This document shows positions 1-10,564 of a stretch of 64,000 bases of DNA, piece after piece. The stretch is from NCBI GenBank assembly GCA_044229975.1, contig JBGARZ010000002.1, positions 960,001 to 1,024,000 on the forward strand. The letters are read 5' to 3'. The position numbers and the translations under genes are program-made. Below the pieces are notes generated by a model, which was not told the origin of the DNA, made no database searches, and saw only the letters and a program-made list of their open reading frames with translations. Position 1 is the stretch's first letter. Every line of letters begins with the position of its first letter. This stretch comes from Polyangiales bacterium. Its GTDB lineage: Bacteria; Myxococcota_A; Polyangia; Polyangiales; Ga0077539.

Positions 1-2
1 GC

Positions 3-1208
3 ATCGACATCTTCGTGCGCCTCCAATGGATGCACATCCTCTTCCTGGGGGCCCTCAGCGCCGTGTACTTCGCGCTGGCCCCGCGGCACTCGGCCCCCGA
101 GGAGATCACCCGCGCCAACAAGCCCTTGCCCAGCCCGTGGCCGTGGATCGCAGCGGGCCTGATCCCGCTCGCCTTCACCGTCGGCGAGCGCCTCATCACC
201 ACCGGCTCCATCGTCGCAGCGCAAAACTATGGCGAGCTGTGGTTCCGCGATCAGGAGGAGCTGACGTCGGTGCAGCGCGAAGGCGGCAGCGCGCTCGCGG
301 CGGCGCAGGTGCTCTCGAAGGTGTGGTTCCTCCCGTGGCAGGCGCTCGGCATCGGCGAGGGGCTCCTCCTCGCGAGGTTCATCCAACAGCGGCGCCGCGT
401 CGCCATGCTCCTCTTCGCGCTCCAGCTCCCGATCTTCACGCTCCTCAACTCCGGGGGGCGCAGCATGATCGCGATCCCCTTCATCGCGGCGCTGCTCGTG
501 GCTGACATGTTCGCGGGGCCCATCCGCTGGCGGTGGATCCTCGCCGTCGCGTTCCTCGCGCTCTCGTTCTTCAACGTGTTCGGCATCTACCGCTCGTACC
601 GCGAGCGCGACTTCAACGAGGCGGTCGCCATGACCTCCGAGGAGTACGACCGGGGCCCCGCCACGCAGAGCAACACCGCGGAGGGCGACATCATGGTCAT
701 CAAGGAGCACTACGGGGTCGCCTGGGTCGACGCCACCGACTACAGCCGCGGCGCGTCGTACTTCAGCGAGTCCGTGCTCGGGCTGCTCCCCCAGCAGATC
801 GTCCCCGACAAGCTCACGTACATGCACACGCCCTACTTCCTCAGCCGCGAGCTGCTCGGCGCCGCGGCCGACCGGGGGTCGGGGCTCGCCGGCGCCATCA
901 TCGTCGACGGGTACATGATCGGTCACGAGCTCGGCGTCCTGGTGCTGGCCCTCGTCCTGGGACTCGTGGCGGGCAGCATCGTGCGGCTGCTCTCGACCGG
1001 CCGGTCGAGCGAAGGGCGGCGACCGAGGCTGTGGCAGCCGGTGGTCCTCCTGTCGACGCCCGCCCTCGGCATCACCTTCTACCGCAACGACCTCACCGGC
1101 GTGCTCTCGACGGCGCTCACTACGGTGCTCCTCCCCGCGATGATCTTCGCGACGGCGGTCGCCTTCAGCCCCAACAGCCCGTGGGGGCAACCCATCGGTG
1201 AGCGCTGA
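3..1208 (+). CDS. Polytopic membrane protein, Wzy/O-antigen polymerase-like (5'-partial)
   Basis: Frame is open from the window edge; about 10 hydrophobic segments, a SGGRS loop motif and a large loop after GIYR, as in Wzy-type polymerases. Confidence 0.5.
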   Translation: MDIFVRLQWMHILFLGALSAVYFALAPRHSAPEEITRANKPLPSPWPWIAAGLIPLAFTVGERLITTGSIVAAQNYGELWFRDQEELTSVQREGGSALAAAQVLSKVWFLPWQALGIGEGLLLARFIQQRRRVAMLLFALQLPIFTLLNSGGRSMIAIPFIAALLVADMFAGPIRWRWILAVAFLALSFFNVFGIYRSYRERDFNEAVAMTSEEYDRGPATQSNTAEGDIMVIKEHYGVAWVDATDYSRGASYFSESVLGLLPQQIVPDKLTYMHTPYFLSRELLGAAADRGSGLAGAIIVDGYMIGHELGVLVLALVLGLVAGSIVRLLSTGRSSEGRRPRLWQPVVLLSTPALGITFYRNDLTGVLSTALTTVLLPAMIFATAVAFSPNSPWGQPIGER

Positions 1209-1240
1209 CATCGCCCGTGGATGGTGTACGGTCCGCCGCC

Positions 1241-2161
1241 GTGAAGCTGAGGGTCCGATCGCTGTCGCGGCGCTACGAGGGGGTCACCGCGCTCGATGAC
1301 GTGTCGATGACCATCCCGGAGGGGCGCACGGCGCTCCTCGGCCCCAACGGCGCGGGCAAGTCGACCCTGCTCAAGTGTGTGCTGGGTCTCGTCCGGCCCA
1401 CCTCCGGAGAGATCGAGGTGCTCGGCATCGACCCGCGGCGTGACCCGCTCGGGGTGCGCGCCCGCATCGGGTATATGCCCGAAGACGACGCCCACCTGCC
1501 CGACCTCACGGCCGTCGAGCTGTGCGCCTACGGGGCCGAGCTCGCCGGGCTCCCACCGCGCGAGGCCATCGACCGCGCTCACGCCGCGCTCTTCTACGTC
1601 GGCATCGACGACAAGCGGTACCTCCCGGTGCAGGGCTACTCCACCGGCCTGCGCCAGCGCGCCAAGCTCGCCGCGGCCCTCGTCCACGACCCCGACCTGC
1701 TCTTCCTCGACGAGCCCACCAACGGGCTCGACCCCGCCTCGCGCGAGGAGATGCTCTCGCTCATCGCCGACATCCACACCCGCCGCGGGTGCAGCGTCGT
1801 GCTCTCCACCCACCTCCTCTCGGACGTCGAGCGCGTGTGCGACCACGTCGTGGTGCTCGGCGGCGGCAAGGTGCTCGCCGACGCTCCGTTGGACGAAGTG
1901 CTCGGCCGCAGCGACGGGCGATTCCTCGTGCGCGTGAAGCCCGTGGCCGATCGCATGGCGGCCTTCGAGGCGGCGCTCCGCGACCTCGGCTGCACCTGCG
2001 AAGAGTCCGGCGACGCGCGGGGCGAGTGGGTCGTGCGATCGACCGCCACCGACGACCCCTCGGCCATCTGGGAGGCCGCCCTCCGCGCGGAGGTGCAGGT
2101 GCGCCACCTCGCGCCGCGCCGTGCATCCCTCGACGACGCCTTCCTCCGCCTGCTCGCCTGA
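1241..2161 (+). CDS. ABC transporter ATP-binding protein
   Basis: Walker A GPNGAGKST, signature YSTGLRQR, Walker B LLFLDEP, H-loop STH. GTG 1241 is the preferred start (track gives 1217). Confidence 0.93.
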   Translation: MKLRVRSLSRRYEGVTALDDVSMTIPEGRTALLGPNGAGKSTLLKCVLGLVRPTSGEIEVLGIDPRRDPLGVRARIGYMPEDDAHLPDLTAVELCAYGAELAGLPPREAIDRAHAALFYVGIDDKRYLPVQGYSTGLRQRAKLAAALVHDPDLLFLDEPTNGLDPASREEMLSLIADIHTRRGCSVVLSTHLLSDVERVCDHVVVLGGGKVLADAPLDEVLGRSDGRFLVRVKPVADRMAAFEAALRDLGCTCEESGDARGEWVVRSTATDDPSAIWEAALRAEVQVRHLAPRRASLDDAFLRLLA

Positions 2162-2168
2162 CGCCCCG

Positions 2169-3101
2169 ATGACCACGACGCCCGCACCCGCCGCATCGAC
2201 CTCGCCCGCGCCGCCCTCCGGCGCCGTGTATTCGCTCGCCTACAAGCGCTACGCGGGGGCGCGGCGCTCGCCCGCCTTCGCGCCGCTGGTCATCGCGCGC
2301 TACGCGCTCACGACGCAGCTCCGGCAGCGCGGCGTGAAGATCGTCCTGCTCCTCGGGCTGATGGTGCTCGCGCTCACCGCCGCCGTCATGGGCTTCAAGT
2401 GGGCGATCCCCACGGTCTTCGCCTCGGCCGGAGGTGAGGCCGTGGGCGGCGACCGTCTCGCGGCGATGCTTCGCGCGGGCGAGGCGGACGTCGCCTCGGT
2501 GGGCCTGCGGGTGCAGTTCCTCGCGACCTTTCTGCTGCTGCTCTGGTGTGGCGCCGGGGCCATCTCGGCCGACCTCGTGGCGGGCGCGTTTCAGTTCCAC
2601 TTCGCGCGGCCGGTGAGCCCGAAGGGCTACCTCCTGGGGCGGCTGCTCTCCTCGTCGGGCTGGGCCTTCGCGCTCTCGGCGCTCACCGTCTCGGTGCTCG
2701 CCATCGAGCGCCTCGCGTTTCAGTCGACCCCCTTCGGCGCGGCGCGCGCCGGCGCCGTCGCCCTCGCCGCGGTCGCGATGCAGGTCACGGTGCTCGCCTC
2801 CCTCGCGCTCGGTCTCTCCTCGCTCACGCGCCGCAAGGGGCTCGCGCAGGCCATGTTCGCCGCGGTCGTGCTCGCGACCTACGCGGTGTGCGGAGTCGTC
2901 GGCGAGGCGACCGACGTGACCTGGGTCGGCACCCTCGATCCCTACGGGTGCGTCGTCGCGATGGTCAATCAGTTCCACGGAACGCTCCGCCTCACGGGCG
3001 CCCGCGCGGCGATTCCCGCGGCGGCGGCGGCGGGCTGGACGGCCCTCTCCCTTGGCCTCGCGACGTGGCAGCTCTCGCGCGCGGAAGTGAACCGCGGATG
3101 A
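2169..3101 (+). CDS. ABC transporter permease
   Basis: About 6 TM segments; GAISADL..GAFQFHFARPVS motif of ABC-2-type permeases; stop overlaps the next ATG (ATGA). Confidence 0.85.
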   Translation: MTTTPAPAASTSPAPPSGAVYSLAYKRYAGARRSPAFAPLVIARYALTTQLRQRGVKIVLLLGLMVLALTAAVMGFKWAIPTVFASAGGEAVGGDRLAAMLRAGEADVASVGLRVQFLATFLLLLWCGAGAISADLVAGAFQFHFARPVSPKGYLLGRLLSSSGWAFALSALTVSVLAIERLAFQSTPFGAARAGAVALAAVAMQVTVLASLALGLSSLTRRKGLAQAMFAAVVLATYAVCGVVGEATDVTWVGTLDPYGCVVAMVNQFHGTLRLTGARAAIPAAAAAGWTALSLGLATWQLSRAEVNRG

Positions 3102-4036
3102 GCGCCGTGCTCGACGTCGTCGGCGTCTCCAAGTGGTACGGCCCCGTGTTGGGTCTGCGTGACGTGAGCCTCAAGGTGGGCCCCGGCATCACCGGGCTCC
3201 TCGGGCCCAACGGCGCGGGCAAGTCCACGCTGCTCAAGTGCTTCACGGGGGAGATCCAGCCGAGCCGCGGCGAGGTGCGCATCTTCGGGCGGCGCGTGCC
3301 CGACCCGGAGGTCTACCGCCGGCTCGGGTACGCGCCCGAGATCGAGGTGTTCTTCGAGGAGCTCACGGCCAGGGAGTTCGTCTCGCACCTGGCCGAGCTC
3401 TCCGGGGTCGCGCGCTCCGCGGCCGACTCGCGCGCCACCGCCGTGCTCCAGCGCGTCGGCCTCGAGTCGGCGATGAACCGTCGCATCAGCACCTTCTCCA
3501 AGGGCATGCGGCAGCGCACCAAGCTGGCCCAGGCGATCCTGCACGAGCCCGATCTGGTGCTGCTCGACGAGCCCATGACGGGCCTCGACCCGCTGGCGCG
3601 CGCGCAGATGGTGACGCTCATCCAGTCCCTCGGCGCCGAGGGGCGCACCGTGATCGTGTCGAGCCACATCCTCGATGAGGTGGAGACCATGACCAGGGAG
3701 ATCGTCGTGCTCTACCAGGGCCAGCTCCTCGCGCAGGGCGACCTGCACGCCATCCGCGGCCTCATCGACCGTCACCCCCACCACATCGCCCTCACCACCC
3801 CGAAGCCCCGCGCCCTCGCGGCGGCGCTGGCCGCGCAGCCCTTCGTCGCGGCCATCCGCTTCGTCGGCGACGATCAGCTCACCGTCGAGACCCGCGAGCC
3901 CGACGCCTGCTACTCCGCCATCCCCCGCCTCGCCCGCGAGAGCGGTGCGCCGCTGCTCGCGCTCACCTCGCCCGACGACAACCTGGCGGCGGTGTTTCGC
4001 TACCTCACGCAGGGCGCGCGCGGAGGTTCGGCGTGA
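3098..4036 (+). CDS. ABC transporter ATP-binding protein
   Basis: Starts MSAVLDV at ATG 3098; GPNGAGKST, FSKGMRQR, LVLLDEP, SSH. Confidence 0.93.
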   Translation: MSAVLDVVGVSKWYGPVLGLRDVSLKVGPGITGLLGPNGAGKSTLLKCFTGEIQPSRGEVRIFGRRVPDPEVYRRLGYAPEIEVFFEELTAREFVSHLAELSGVARSAADSRATAVLQRVGLESAMNRRISTFSKGMRQRTKLAQAILHEPDLVLLDEPMTGLDPLARAQMVTLIQSLGAEGRTVIVSSHILDEVETMTREIVVLYQGQLLAQGDLHAIRGLIDRHPHHIALTTPKPRALAAALAAQPFVAAIRFVGDDQLTVETREPDACYSAIPRLARESGAPLLALTSPDDNLAAVFRYLTQGARGGSA

Positions 4037-4761
4037 GCGCGGCCCTCTCCATCGCGCGGGTGTCGGTGCTGCGGGCCGTTCGTCGGCCGAGCTCGTGGTG
4101 GCTCTCGGCGCTCGCCTTCCTCCCGGCGCTCCTCGGCGGGTGGCTCGGGTCGACCGGACACGACGCGCTCTCGCTCGGCGCGCCGCTCCTCATCGGGGTC
4201 GCGGCGCCGCTGCTGGTGGTGCCGTGGGTGGCGGGCGTGCTGGGCGAAGCCTTCGAGCGGCGCACGGTGGTGTATTGGTTCGTGCGCCCGATGTCCCGGC
4301 CTGTCGCGCTGCTGGGCGAGTGGCTCGGCTCCTTCGCGGTGGTGGGCCTCGTGCTCGCCCTCGGCGGCGCCATGCTCGCCGTCGCCAACGCCGTGACGGG
4401 CAACGCCGCGGCCTCGTCGCTGCTCCGGCTCCCGGTGGCGATGCTGGCCGAAGCCGCCGCCCTCGCGGGCTTCTCCGTCGGCGTCGGAACGCTCGCCCCC
4501 AGGCAGCCCGTCTCCGTCGCCGTGGGCCTGCTCGCGGTGACCGAGGTGGCGCTCCCCGCGCTGTGGGGTCCCCTCCAGACGGTGTCGCTCGCGCGGCAGG
4601 TCTCGACCCTCGCGGGCGTCGACAGCGGCGCGCTGCTCGGCAGCCTCACCGGGTCGGCCCCGTCCCCCTCGGTGCCCGTCGCGCTCCTCGTCGTCGCGCT
4701 CTTCGCGTTGGTGCCCATGGGGCTCGGCATGCGCGCCGTCGTCGACCGCGACCTCGCCTGA
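4033..4761 (+). CDS. ABC transporter permease
   Basis: Hydrophobic; EAFERRTVVYWFVRPMSR permease motif; GTGA overlap with the ATPase gene. Confidence 0.8.
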   Translation: MSAALSIARVSVLRAVRRPSSWWLSALAFLPALLGGWLGSTGHDALSLGAPLLIGVAAPLLVVPWVAGVLGEAFERRTVVYWFVRPMSRPVALLGEWLGSFAVVGLVLALGGAMLAVANAVTGNAAASSLLRLPVAMLAEAAALAGFSVGVGTLAPRQPVSVAVGLLAVTEVALPALWGPLQTVSLARQVSTLAGVDSGALLGSLTGSAPSPSVPVALLVVALFALVPMGLGMRAVVDRDLA

Positions 4762-4825
4762 CCCGTCGTCCGCCGCCCCCCATCGCGACGCAACACACTT
4801 TCCCCAAAGGAGCCCCGCACCGACC

Positions 4826-5299
4826 ATGAGCCTCGCCATCGGACAGCCCGCCCCCAACGCCTCCGGAACCCTCCCTGACGGGTCGACCTTCTCCGTCCAC
4901 GGCGCCCGCGGCCGCACGCTGGTTCTCTTCTTCTACCCGAAGGACTTCACCGGCGGATGCACCAAGGAAGTCTGCGGCTTCCGCGACGCCTTCGGCGAGC
5001 TGAGCGGCGAAGGCGGAGCGCGCGTCGTGGGCGTGAGCCGCGACGACGTGGAGACCCACAAGCGCTTCATCGCCGCCCACAACCTCCAGTACGAGCTCAT
5101 CGCCGACCCGGAAGGGGAGATGGCCACGGCCTTCCAGACCCTCCGCTTCGGCGGGCTCTTTCCGCTCCAGAAGCGCATCACCTACGTCATCGATGCGCAG
5201 GGCATCATCCGCGGGATTTTTCACCACGAGCTCGCGGTGAACTCCCACGTGGAGGACGTCCGGCGCTGCCTCGCGACGCTCCCGAAGGCGTCCGCGTAG
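4826..5299 (+). CDS. bcp: Peroxiredoxin, Bcp/PrxQ family
   Basis: FFYPKDFTGGCTKEVC active site, GVSRD, RITYVID; AAGGAG RBS upstream. Confidence 0.9.
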   Translation: MSLAIGQPAPNASGTLPDGSTFSVHGARGRTLVLFFYPKDFTGGCTKEVCGFRDAFGELSGEGGARVVGVSRDDVETHKRFIAAHNLQYELIADPEGEMATAFQTLRFGGLFPLQKRITYVIDAQGIIRGIFHHELAVNSHVEDVRRCLATLPKASA

Positions 5300-5324
5300 C
5301 CCCCGCCGTGGTGATGGCCGTCGC

Positions 5325-6863
5325 GTGACCGGGAGCGTTCCTCGCCGAGCGCGCGCGACCGTCTTCGCCGTGCTCGCCTTCGTGGCGGCGGGCCTCATCG
5401 GCCTCGACGCCACGCCCCGGATGTTCGGCGACGAAGCCTGGTACGCGATGCCGACGGTCTCGCTGCTCCACGAGGGTACGCTCCGCCTCGCGGCGCTGGA
5501 GGGTCGCGGCGGCGTCGAGATCGCCTACCTCCAACCGAAGATCGTCCCCAACCTTCTGGCGGCTCCCGTGGTCGCGCTCGCGGGCGTCAGCCTGTGGGCG
5601 TTTCGACTGACGGCGCTGCTCTGTGGCGCCGCGGCCCTCCTCGGCGTCGACGCCCTCGCGCGCCGTCGCTTCGACGCCACCACCGGCTCCGTCGCCACCG
5701 TCGCCCTCATGAGCGGCTATTGGTTCTTCGCCTGCGCGCGCTGCTTCCGGCCCGAGGTGTTCGAGCTCACGGCGCTGGTGTGGTTCGCGTATGCCTTCGA
5801 CCTCGCCCTCGACACCCGTCGCACCGTCGCCGTCGTCGGAGCCGGCCTCACGGCAGCCGCCGCGTGCCTCACCCATCAGACCGCTGCTGCACTCGTCGGC
5901 GTCCTCGCGCTTGCGCTCGTCGTCGACACGCCCATCGATCGGTCGCGCCTCCGCTCGGCCGCGCTCGTGGCGCTCGTCGCCCTGCTCGCGCTGACGCCCT
6001 TCGGTCTCTACGTCGCCTTCGCGTCGCGGCAACCCGGCGTCTCGACGCACCTTCAGTTCGCCGGCGAGGCCGACGAGCGGCTCTCCACCCTCACCGGCGT
6101 CATCCACTTCGAGCTCCTCCGCTGGCGCTCGTACTTCCTGTGGCCCTACGGCGCCACCTCCGCGCTCGTCGCCCTCTTCGTCGTCGCCCGCGCGATCGCT
6201 CGACCCACCCGCGCCCGCACGTTCGCCCTCGTCGTCGTCGCCGCGACCGTCGCCTTCGGCGCGCTCATCCCCATCCTGAGCGGGCGCTACCTCGCGGTGC
6301 TCGCCCCCTTCCTTGCCATCCTCGTCGCGCGCGAGCTCGTCACCCTCTGGCGCGCCGGATCCCGCCCCGCCGCCCTCGCCCTCGCGCTCGCCTTCAGCGG
6401 CCCCTCCGTCGCCACCATCGCGGGCACCGCGCTGCTGCACCGCGACGCCTCCCACGCGCGGGTCATCCGCTTGCTGCGGGCCATCACGGGCGACGCCCCG
6501 ACGGCCGGGCCCGTTGCGTTCTGGCTCGGCTACCACGACGTGCCGTACGCCGTGACCAACGTCGCGCCCGACTTCGTCCGCCGGTCGCCGCGCGACGCCC
6601 CGTGGCTCGCCCCGCGCCTCGCTCGCCTGCGACCGCGCTACCTGCTGGAGACCACGACCACGCTCCAGGCCACCGACGGCCTCGGCGCGCGACCGACGAC
6701 CTTTCCCCGCACGGCCCTCGGCGACCTGGCCGCCTCCGTCGGAAGCCTCGTCGCCGTCATCCCGTCGCGGGATTTCGGCCCGATCCGCGTGTGGCGGGTC
6801 GACCCGTCGCGCCTCGCCGGTGCACCATCGCGCGCCGTGTCCCCTTCCGCCGCGCGCTGGTGA
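5325..6863 (+). CDS. GT-C fold glycosyltransferase (ArnT/PMT-like, GT39/GT83)
   Basis: FGDEAWY motif after the first TM, RPE motif, RYLAVLAP, multiple TM segments. Confidence 0.75.
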   Translation: MTGSVPRRARATVFAVLAFVAAGLIGLDATPRMFGDEAWYAMPTVSLLHEGTLRLAALEGRGGVEIAYLQPKIVPNLLAAPVVALAGVSLWAFRLTALLCGAAALLGVDALARRRFDATTGSVATVALMSGYWFFACARCFRPEVFELTALVWFAYAFDLALDTRRTVAVVGAGLTAAAACLTHQTAAALVGVLALALVVDTPIDRSRLRSAALVALVALLALTPFGLYVAFASRQPGVSTHLQFAGEADERLSTLTGVIHFELLRWRSYFLWPYGATSALVALFVVARAIARPTRARTFALVVVAATVAFGALIPILSGRYLAVLAPFLAILVARELVTLWRAGSRPAALALALAFSGPSVATIAGTALLHRDASHARVIRLLRAITGDAPTAGPVAFWLGYHDVPYAVTNVAPDFVRRSPRDAPWLAPRLARLRPRYLLETTTTLQATDGLGARPTTFPRTALGDLAASVGSLVAVIPSRDFGPIRVWRVDPSRLAGAPSRAVSPSAARW

Positions 6864-7765
6864 CTGCGTTGTCCCCCACCGTCGATCAGCTCAAGACCTT
6901 CCTCGCCATCGCCGAGAGCCTCAGCTTTCGGGCGGCCGCGCGCTCGCTCGTCGTCGCCCCGGCCGTGGTCAGCGAGCGCATCCGCCAGCTCGAAGCGACC
7001 CTCGGCGCCTCGCTCTTCCGTCGCACCACCCGCTCCGTCGTGCTCACCGCGCAAGGCCAGTCGCTCGTCCCCTACGCGCGCCGCGCCGTCGAGGCGATGC
7101 TCGACTGCACCCACGTCGCCGGAGGTCACCTGCCGCCGCCGCGCGCGGAGCTGGTGCTCGGCGTCGAGCCCGAGGCCGCGGCCCGCTGGATCGCCCCGCT
7201 GCTGTCACGCTGGTCGCGGTTGCGCCCCGACCTGACCGTGCACCTCCACGTGGGCGACGGCGATGCGCTGCACGCGGCGCTGCTCCGCCAGCAGATCGAC
7301 GCCGCGGTGCTGGGCCCCGCGCACCGCGACCCACGGGTGCTCTCCATCGCGCTCGTGGCCATCGCGTCGCGGATGGTCGCCGCGCCATCGCTGCTCCGCC
7401 GTCAGCCCGTCCGGGTCACCGAGGACGTCGCGACGCTCACGCTCCTCGACCGCTCGCCCGCCCTCCCCGGCCTGCGCCCGTGGCTCGACGCCGCGCCGGC
7501 GCGGTTGCGCGAGGTGCGCTTCGGTCGGGTGCTGCACCTCGGGAGCCTTGCGGCCATCGAGCGGGTGACCCTCGACGGCGGCGGCGTGGCGGTGCTCCCC
7601 ACCCCGATGGTCGCCGCGCATGTGGAGGCCGACACGCTGCGACCGGTGTTTGGCGCCGTGCACGCCTCCACGCCGCAGCACCTCGCGGCGCGCCTCGACG
7701 ACGCCCGTCGGCCCCTCTTCGAGTCGCTCGCGGCGCTGCTGCGCGAGTCACCGTGGGTCGCCTGA
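6860..7765 (+). CDS. LysR-family transcriptional regulator
   Basis: N-terminal HTH QLKTFLAIAESLSFRAAARSL...SERIRQLEATLGASLFRRTTRSVVLT; GTG start overlaps the upstream TGA. Confidence 0.92.
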   Translation: MTALSPTVDQLKTFLAIAESLSFRAAARSLVVAPAVVSERIRQLEATLGASLFRRTTRSVVLTAQGQSLVPYARRAVEAMLDCTHVAGGHLPPPRAELVLGVEPEAAARWIAPLLSRWSRLRPDLTVHLHVGDGDALHAALLRQQIDAAVLGPAHRDPRVLSIALVAIASRMVAAPSLLRRQPVRVTEDVATLTLLDRSPALPGLRPWLDAAPARLREVRFGRVLHLGSLAAIERVTLDGGGVAVLPTPMVAAHVEADTLRPVFGAVHASTPQHLAARLDDARRPLFESLAALLRESPWVA

Positions 7766-7775
7766 GCGATCGCGC

Positions 7776-9212
7776 TCAGCCGAGCAGACCTCGCCACACC
7801 AGCATGCGCGTGTCCGTCATCTCGGCGATGGCCGACCGGACGCCCTCGCGCCCCTGACCGGAGTCCTTCACGCCGCCGTAGGGCATCGCGTCGACGCGGA
7901 AGCTGGGCCCGTCGTCGAGCACCAGCGCCCCAACCTCCAGCCGCTGAAACGCCTTCGTCACCAGCGCGACGTCGCGCGTGAAGAGCCCCGCCTGCAGGCC
8001 GTGGCGGCTCGCGTTGACGGCGTCGATCATCGCGTCGGCGTCCCGCCACGGGTGCAGGGTCACCGCCGGGCCGAAGAGTTCTTCGTCGCACAGCTTCATC
8101 CCGGCGTGGGCGTCGACGACCACCGCGGGCGTCACCCTCGCTCCGTCCCGCTCGCCGCCGACGAGCACCCTCGCTCCACCCGCGACGGCCTCGTCCATCC
8201 ACCCGCGAACGCGCACCGCCGCCTTCTCGTCGATGAGCGCGCTGCACAGCGCGTCGGAGTCCATCGGGTCTCGCACCGCGAGCGCCGCCACCCGCGCGCA
8301 CAGCCGCTCGGTGAACGCCGCCGCGACGGACTCGTGGAGGAAGATGCGCTGGGCCTTGATGCACACCTGCCCGGCGTAGCCGAAGCCTCCGGCGATCGTT
8401 CGATCGAGGGCGCGGTCGAGGTCGGCGTCGGCGGCCACGATGAGCGCGGCGTTGCCACCGAGCTCGAGCACCGTGCGCTTGCGCGGCGCGATGTCCCGCA
8501 AGCGCCACCCCACGGGCCCCGAACCCGTGAACGACAGCACCCCGAGCCGCGGGTCACGCACGAGGGTCTCGGCCACGTCGACCGCGCACGACAGCACCGA
8601 GAGCATGGCGCGCGGAACGTCCGCGGCGTCGCACGCCTCGGCGATGACCTGCGCGAGGAACGCCGCGGTGAGCGGGGCCTGGGGTGCCGGCTTGAGCACG
8701 ACCGGCGCGCCCACCGCGAAGGCCGGCGAGAGCTTGTGGGCGACGAGGTTGAGCGGGAAGTTGAAGGGCGTGATCGCGAGCACCGGGGAGAGGGCGACGC
8801 GCCGGGTGATGCCCGCCGCGGACTCGCCCGCGGGCGTCTGGTCGAGCGGGAGCATCTCGCCGTGGAGGCGCGCGCTCTCCTCGGCTCCGAGCAGGAAGGT
8901 CTGCACGGCGCGATCGACCTCGGCCCGGGCGAGGGCGATGGGCTTGGCGACCTCTCGCGCCATGAGCGACGCAAACTCCTCGCGGCGCTGTTGGAGTGCG
9001 CGAGAGATGCCCGTGAGCAGCGCGCGGCGACGGTGGGCGGGCAGCCGCGACGTGGTCGGAAACGCCTCGGCCGCGAGTCGAGCGGCCTCGGCGGCGAGGC
9101 GGGCGTCGGCCAGCGAGGCGCGACCGAGGAGCGCTCCATCCCACGGGGCGCGGACGTCCTGGTGGGCGTCGGTGTCGACGAGCTGACCGGCGAGGGAGAC
9201 GAGTGCATCCAT
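7776..9212 (-). CDS. Aldehyde dehydrogenase family protein
   Basis: ITPFNFP, FTGS, ELGGNA, catalytic GQVC, EELFGP, PYGGVKDSGQGREG. Confidence 0.93.
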   Translation of the reverse strand: MDALVSLAGQLVDTDAHQDVRAPWDGALLGRASLADARLAAEAARLAAEAFPTTSRLPAHRRRALLTGISRALQQRREEFASLMAREVAKPIALARAEVDRAVQTFLLGAEESARLHGEMLPLDQTPAGESAAGITRRVALSPVLAITPFNFPLNLVAHKLSPAFAVGAPVVLKPAPQAPLTAAFLAQVIAEACDAADVPRAMLSVLSCAVDVAETLVRDPRLGVLSFTGSGPVGWRLRDIAPRKRTVLELGGNAALIVAADADLDRALDRTIAGGFGYAGQVCIKAQRIFLHESVAAAFTERLCARVAALAVRDPMDSDALCSALIDEKAAVRVRGWMDEAVAGGARVLVGGERDGARVTPAVVVDAHAGMKLCDEELFGPAVTLHPWRDADAMIDAVNASRHGLQAGLFTRDVALVTKAFQRLEVGALVLDDGPSFRVDAMPYGGVKDSGQGREGVRSAIAEMTDTRMLVWRGLLG

Positions 9213-9253
9213 GGCGATGAGGTGGTGGCGCTCATCGCGCCCGAGCGCAACCC

Positions 9254-10564
9254 CTACGGCGCGCGCAAGAGACCGTCGATGCGCTGCCGAAACTCGTCGA
9301 GCGGTCGGGCGCCCGACACGAGGTGACCGTTGACGAAGAACGACGGCGTGCCGAGGCGCAGGCCGGTCGCGCTGGCGGCGGCGATGTCAGCGTCGATGGC
9401 AGGTCGGTGACGGTGATCGGCGAGGGCGGCGCGCAGCCGGACGCGGTCGGCGCCAGACTCCACCGCGAGGCGCTCGACGACGGCGGGCGACAGCTCCTCC
9501 TCCGTGGACTGGGCCGCGAAGAGAGCGTCGTGCATGCGCCAGAACGCGGGCGCTCCCCCCTGGGCGAACACCTCGCGCGCGGCCTCGGCGGCGAGCAGGG
9601 CGTGCGCGTGACGGGGCAGCGGGAGGTCGCGCCAGACGACCCGGAGGCGGTCACCATAACGAGCGACGAGGGCATCGACGGTCGGCCGTGCGCGGGCACA
9701 GAACGGGCACTCGAAGTCGCTGAAGATCTGCATCACGACGGGCGCATCGGCCGGTCCGCGCGTCGGCGCCGTCGACGGGATCGCGATGTCATGGACGCCC
9801 GCCCACGGGTCGACCGTCGCGCGATTGGCCTCGGTCGAGGCGGGAGCCGGCACGGGCGAGCGCACCATGTCGACGTACACGCGCGTGGGGTCGCCGATGG
9901 TGGCGACGCGGGCGAACACCTGGCGCGCGACCGTCTCGAAGACCGCGAAGGGTTGGAGCCCCACGATGGGAGTTCCGTTGAGGACGAAGGCGGGCGTGCC
10001 GTCGAGGCCGAGGCGCTCGGCGAGGGCTACGTCGCCGTCGACCGCGGCGCGATGGACTCCGTCTTCGAGGGCGAGCGCGAGCCGCGCGGCGTCGACCCCG
10101 ACGGCGCGAGCATCGCGCAGGAGCGACTCGCGCGAGAGCTCGGCCTGGTGCGCGAAGAGCAGGTCGTGAAAGCGCCAGAACGCCTCGTCGCCCCCCTGCG
10201 CACGCACCTCCAGCGCGGCCTCGGCGGCGAGGTGCGCCTGCGGGTGTCGGAGCAGCGGGAGGTTGCGCCAAACGACGCGCACCGATCGCGGGAAGAGCGC
10301 GCGGAGGTCGCTCACGACGAGGCGCGCGCGCGCGCAGTACGGGCACTGGAAGTCGCTGAAGACGACCACCGTGAGGGGCGCCGCCGCGGGGCCGAGGCGC
10401 GGCGCATCGGCGACGGGCAGGCGCTCGCTGTCGATGAGGACGACGTCGGCGGGAGCGCCCCCGGGGGCGGCAGGGGGCGACGGGAGACAGCGTGGTGGTG
10501 GTGCGTAGCGCCCCGCGCAGGAGGCCAGCGCGAGCGCGAACGGGAGCAAGGCGCGGCGGGTCAT
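9254..10564 (-). CDS. Two-domain DsbA-family thiol-disulfide oxidoreductase lipoprotein
   Basis: Lipobox LASC; two domains FSDFQCPYC...GTP and FSDFECPFC...GTP. Confidence 0.87.
   Translation of the reverse strand: MTRRALLPFALALASCAGRYAPPPRCLPSPPAAPGGAPADVVLIDSERLPVADAPRLGPAAAPLTVVVFSDFQCPYCARARLVVSDLRALFPRSVRVVWRNLPLLRHPQAHLAAEAALEVRAQGGDEAFWRFHDLLFAHQAELSRESLLRDARAVGVDAARLALALEDGVHRAAVDGDVALAERLGLDGTPAFVLNGTPIVGLQPFAVFETVARQVFARVATIGDPTRVYVDMVRSPVPAPASTEANRATVDPWAGVHDIAIPSTAPTRGPADAPVVMQIFSDFECPFCARARPTVDALVARYGDRLRVVWRDLPLPRHAHALLAAEAAREVFAQGGAPAFWRMHDALFAAQSTEEELSPAVVERLAVESGADRVRLRAALADHRHRPAIDADIAAASATGLRLGTPSFFVNGHLVSGARPLDEFRQRIDGLLRAP

Noticed and set aside
2546..7765. Apparent N-terminal fusions on the second ABC ATPase (2546) and LysR (5594)
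   Set aside because: The extensions overlap real upstream genes in another frame; true starts are at the 3098 and 6860 stop/start overlaps.
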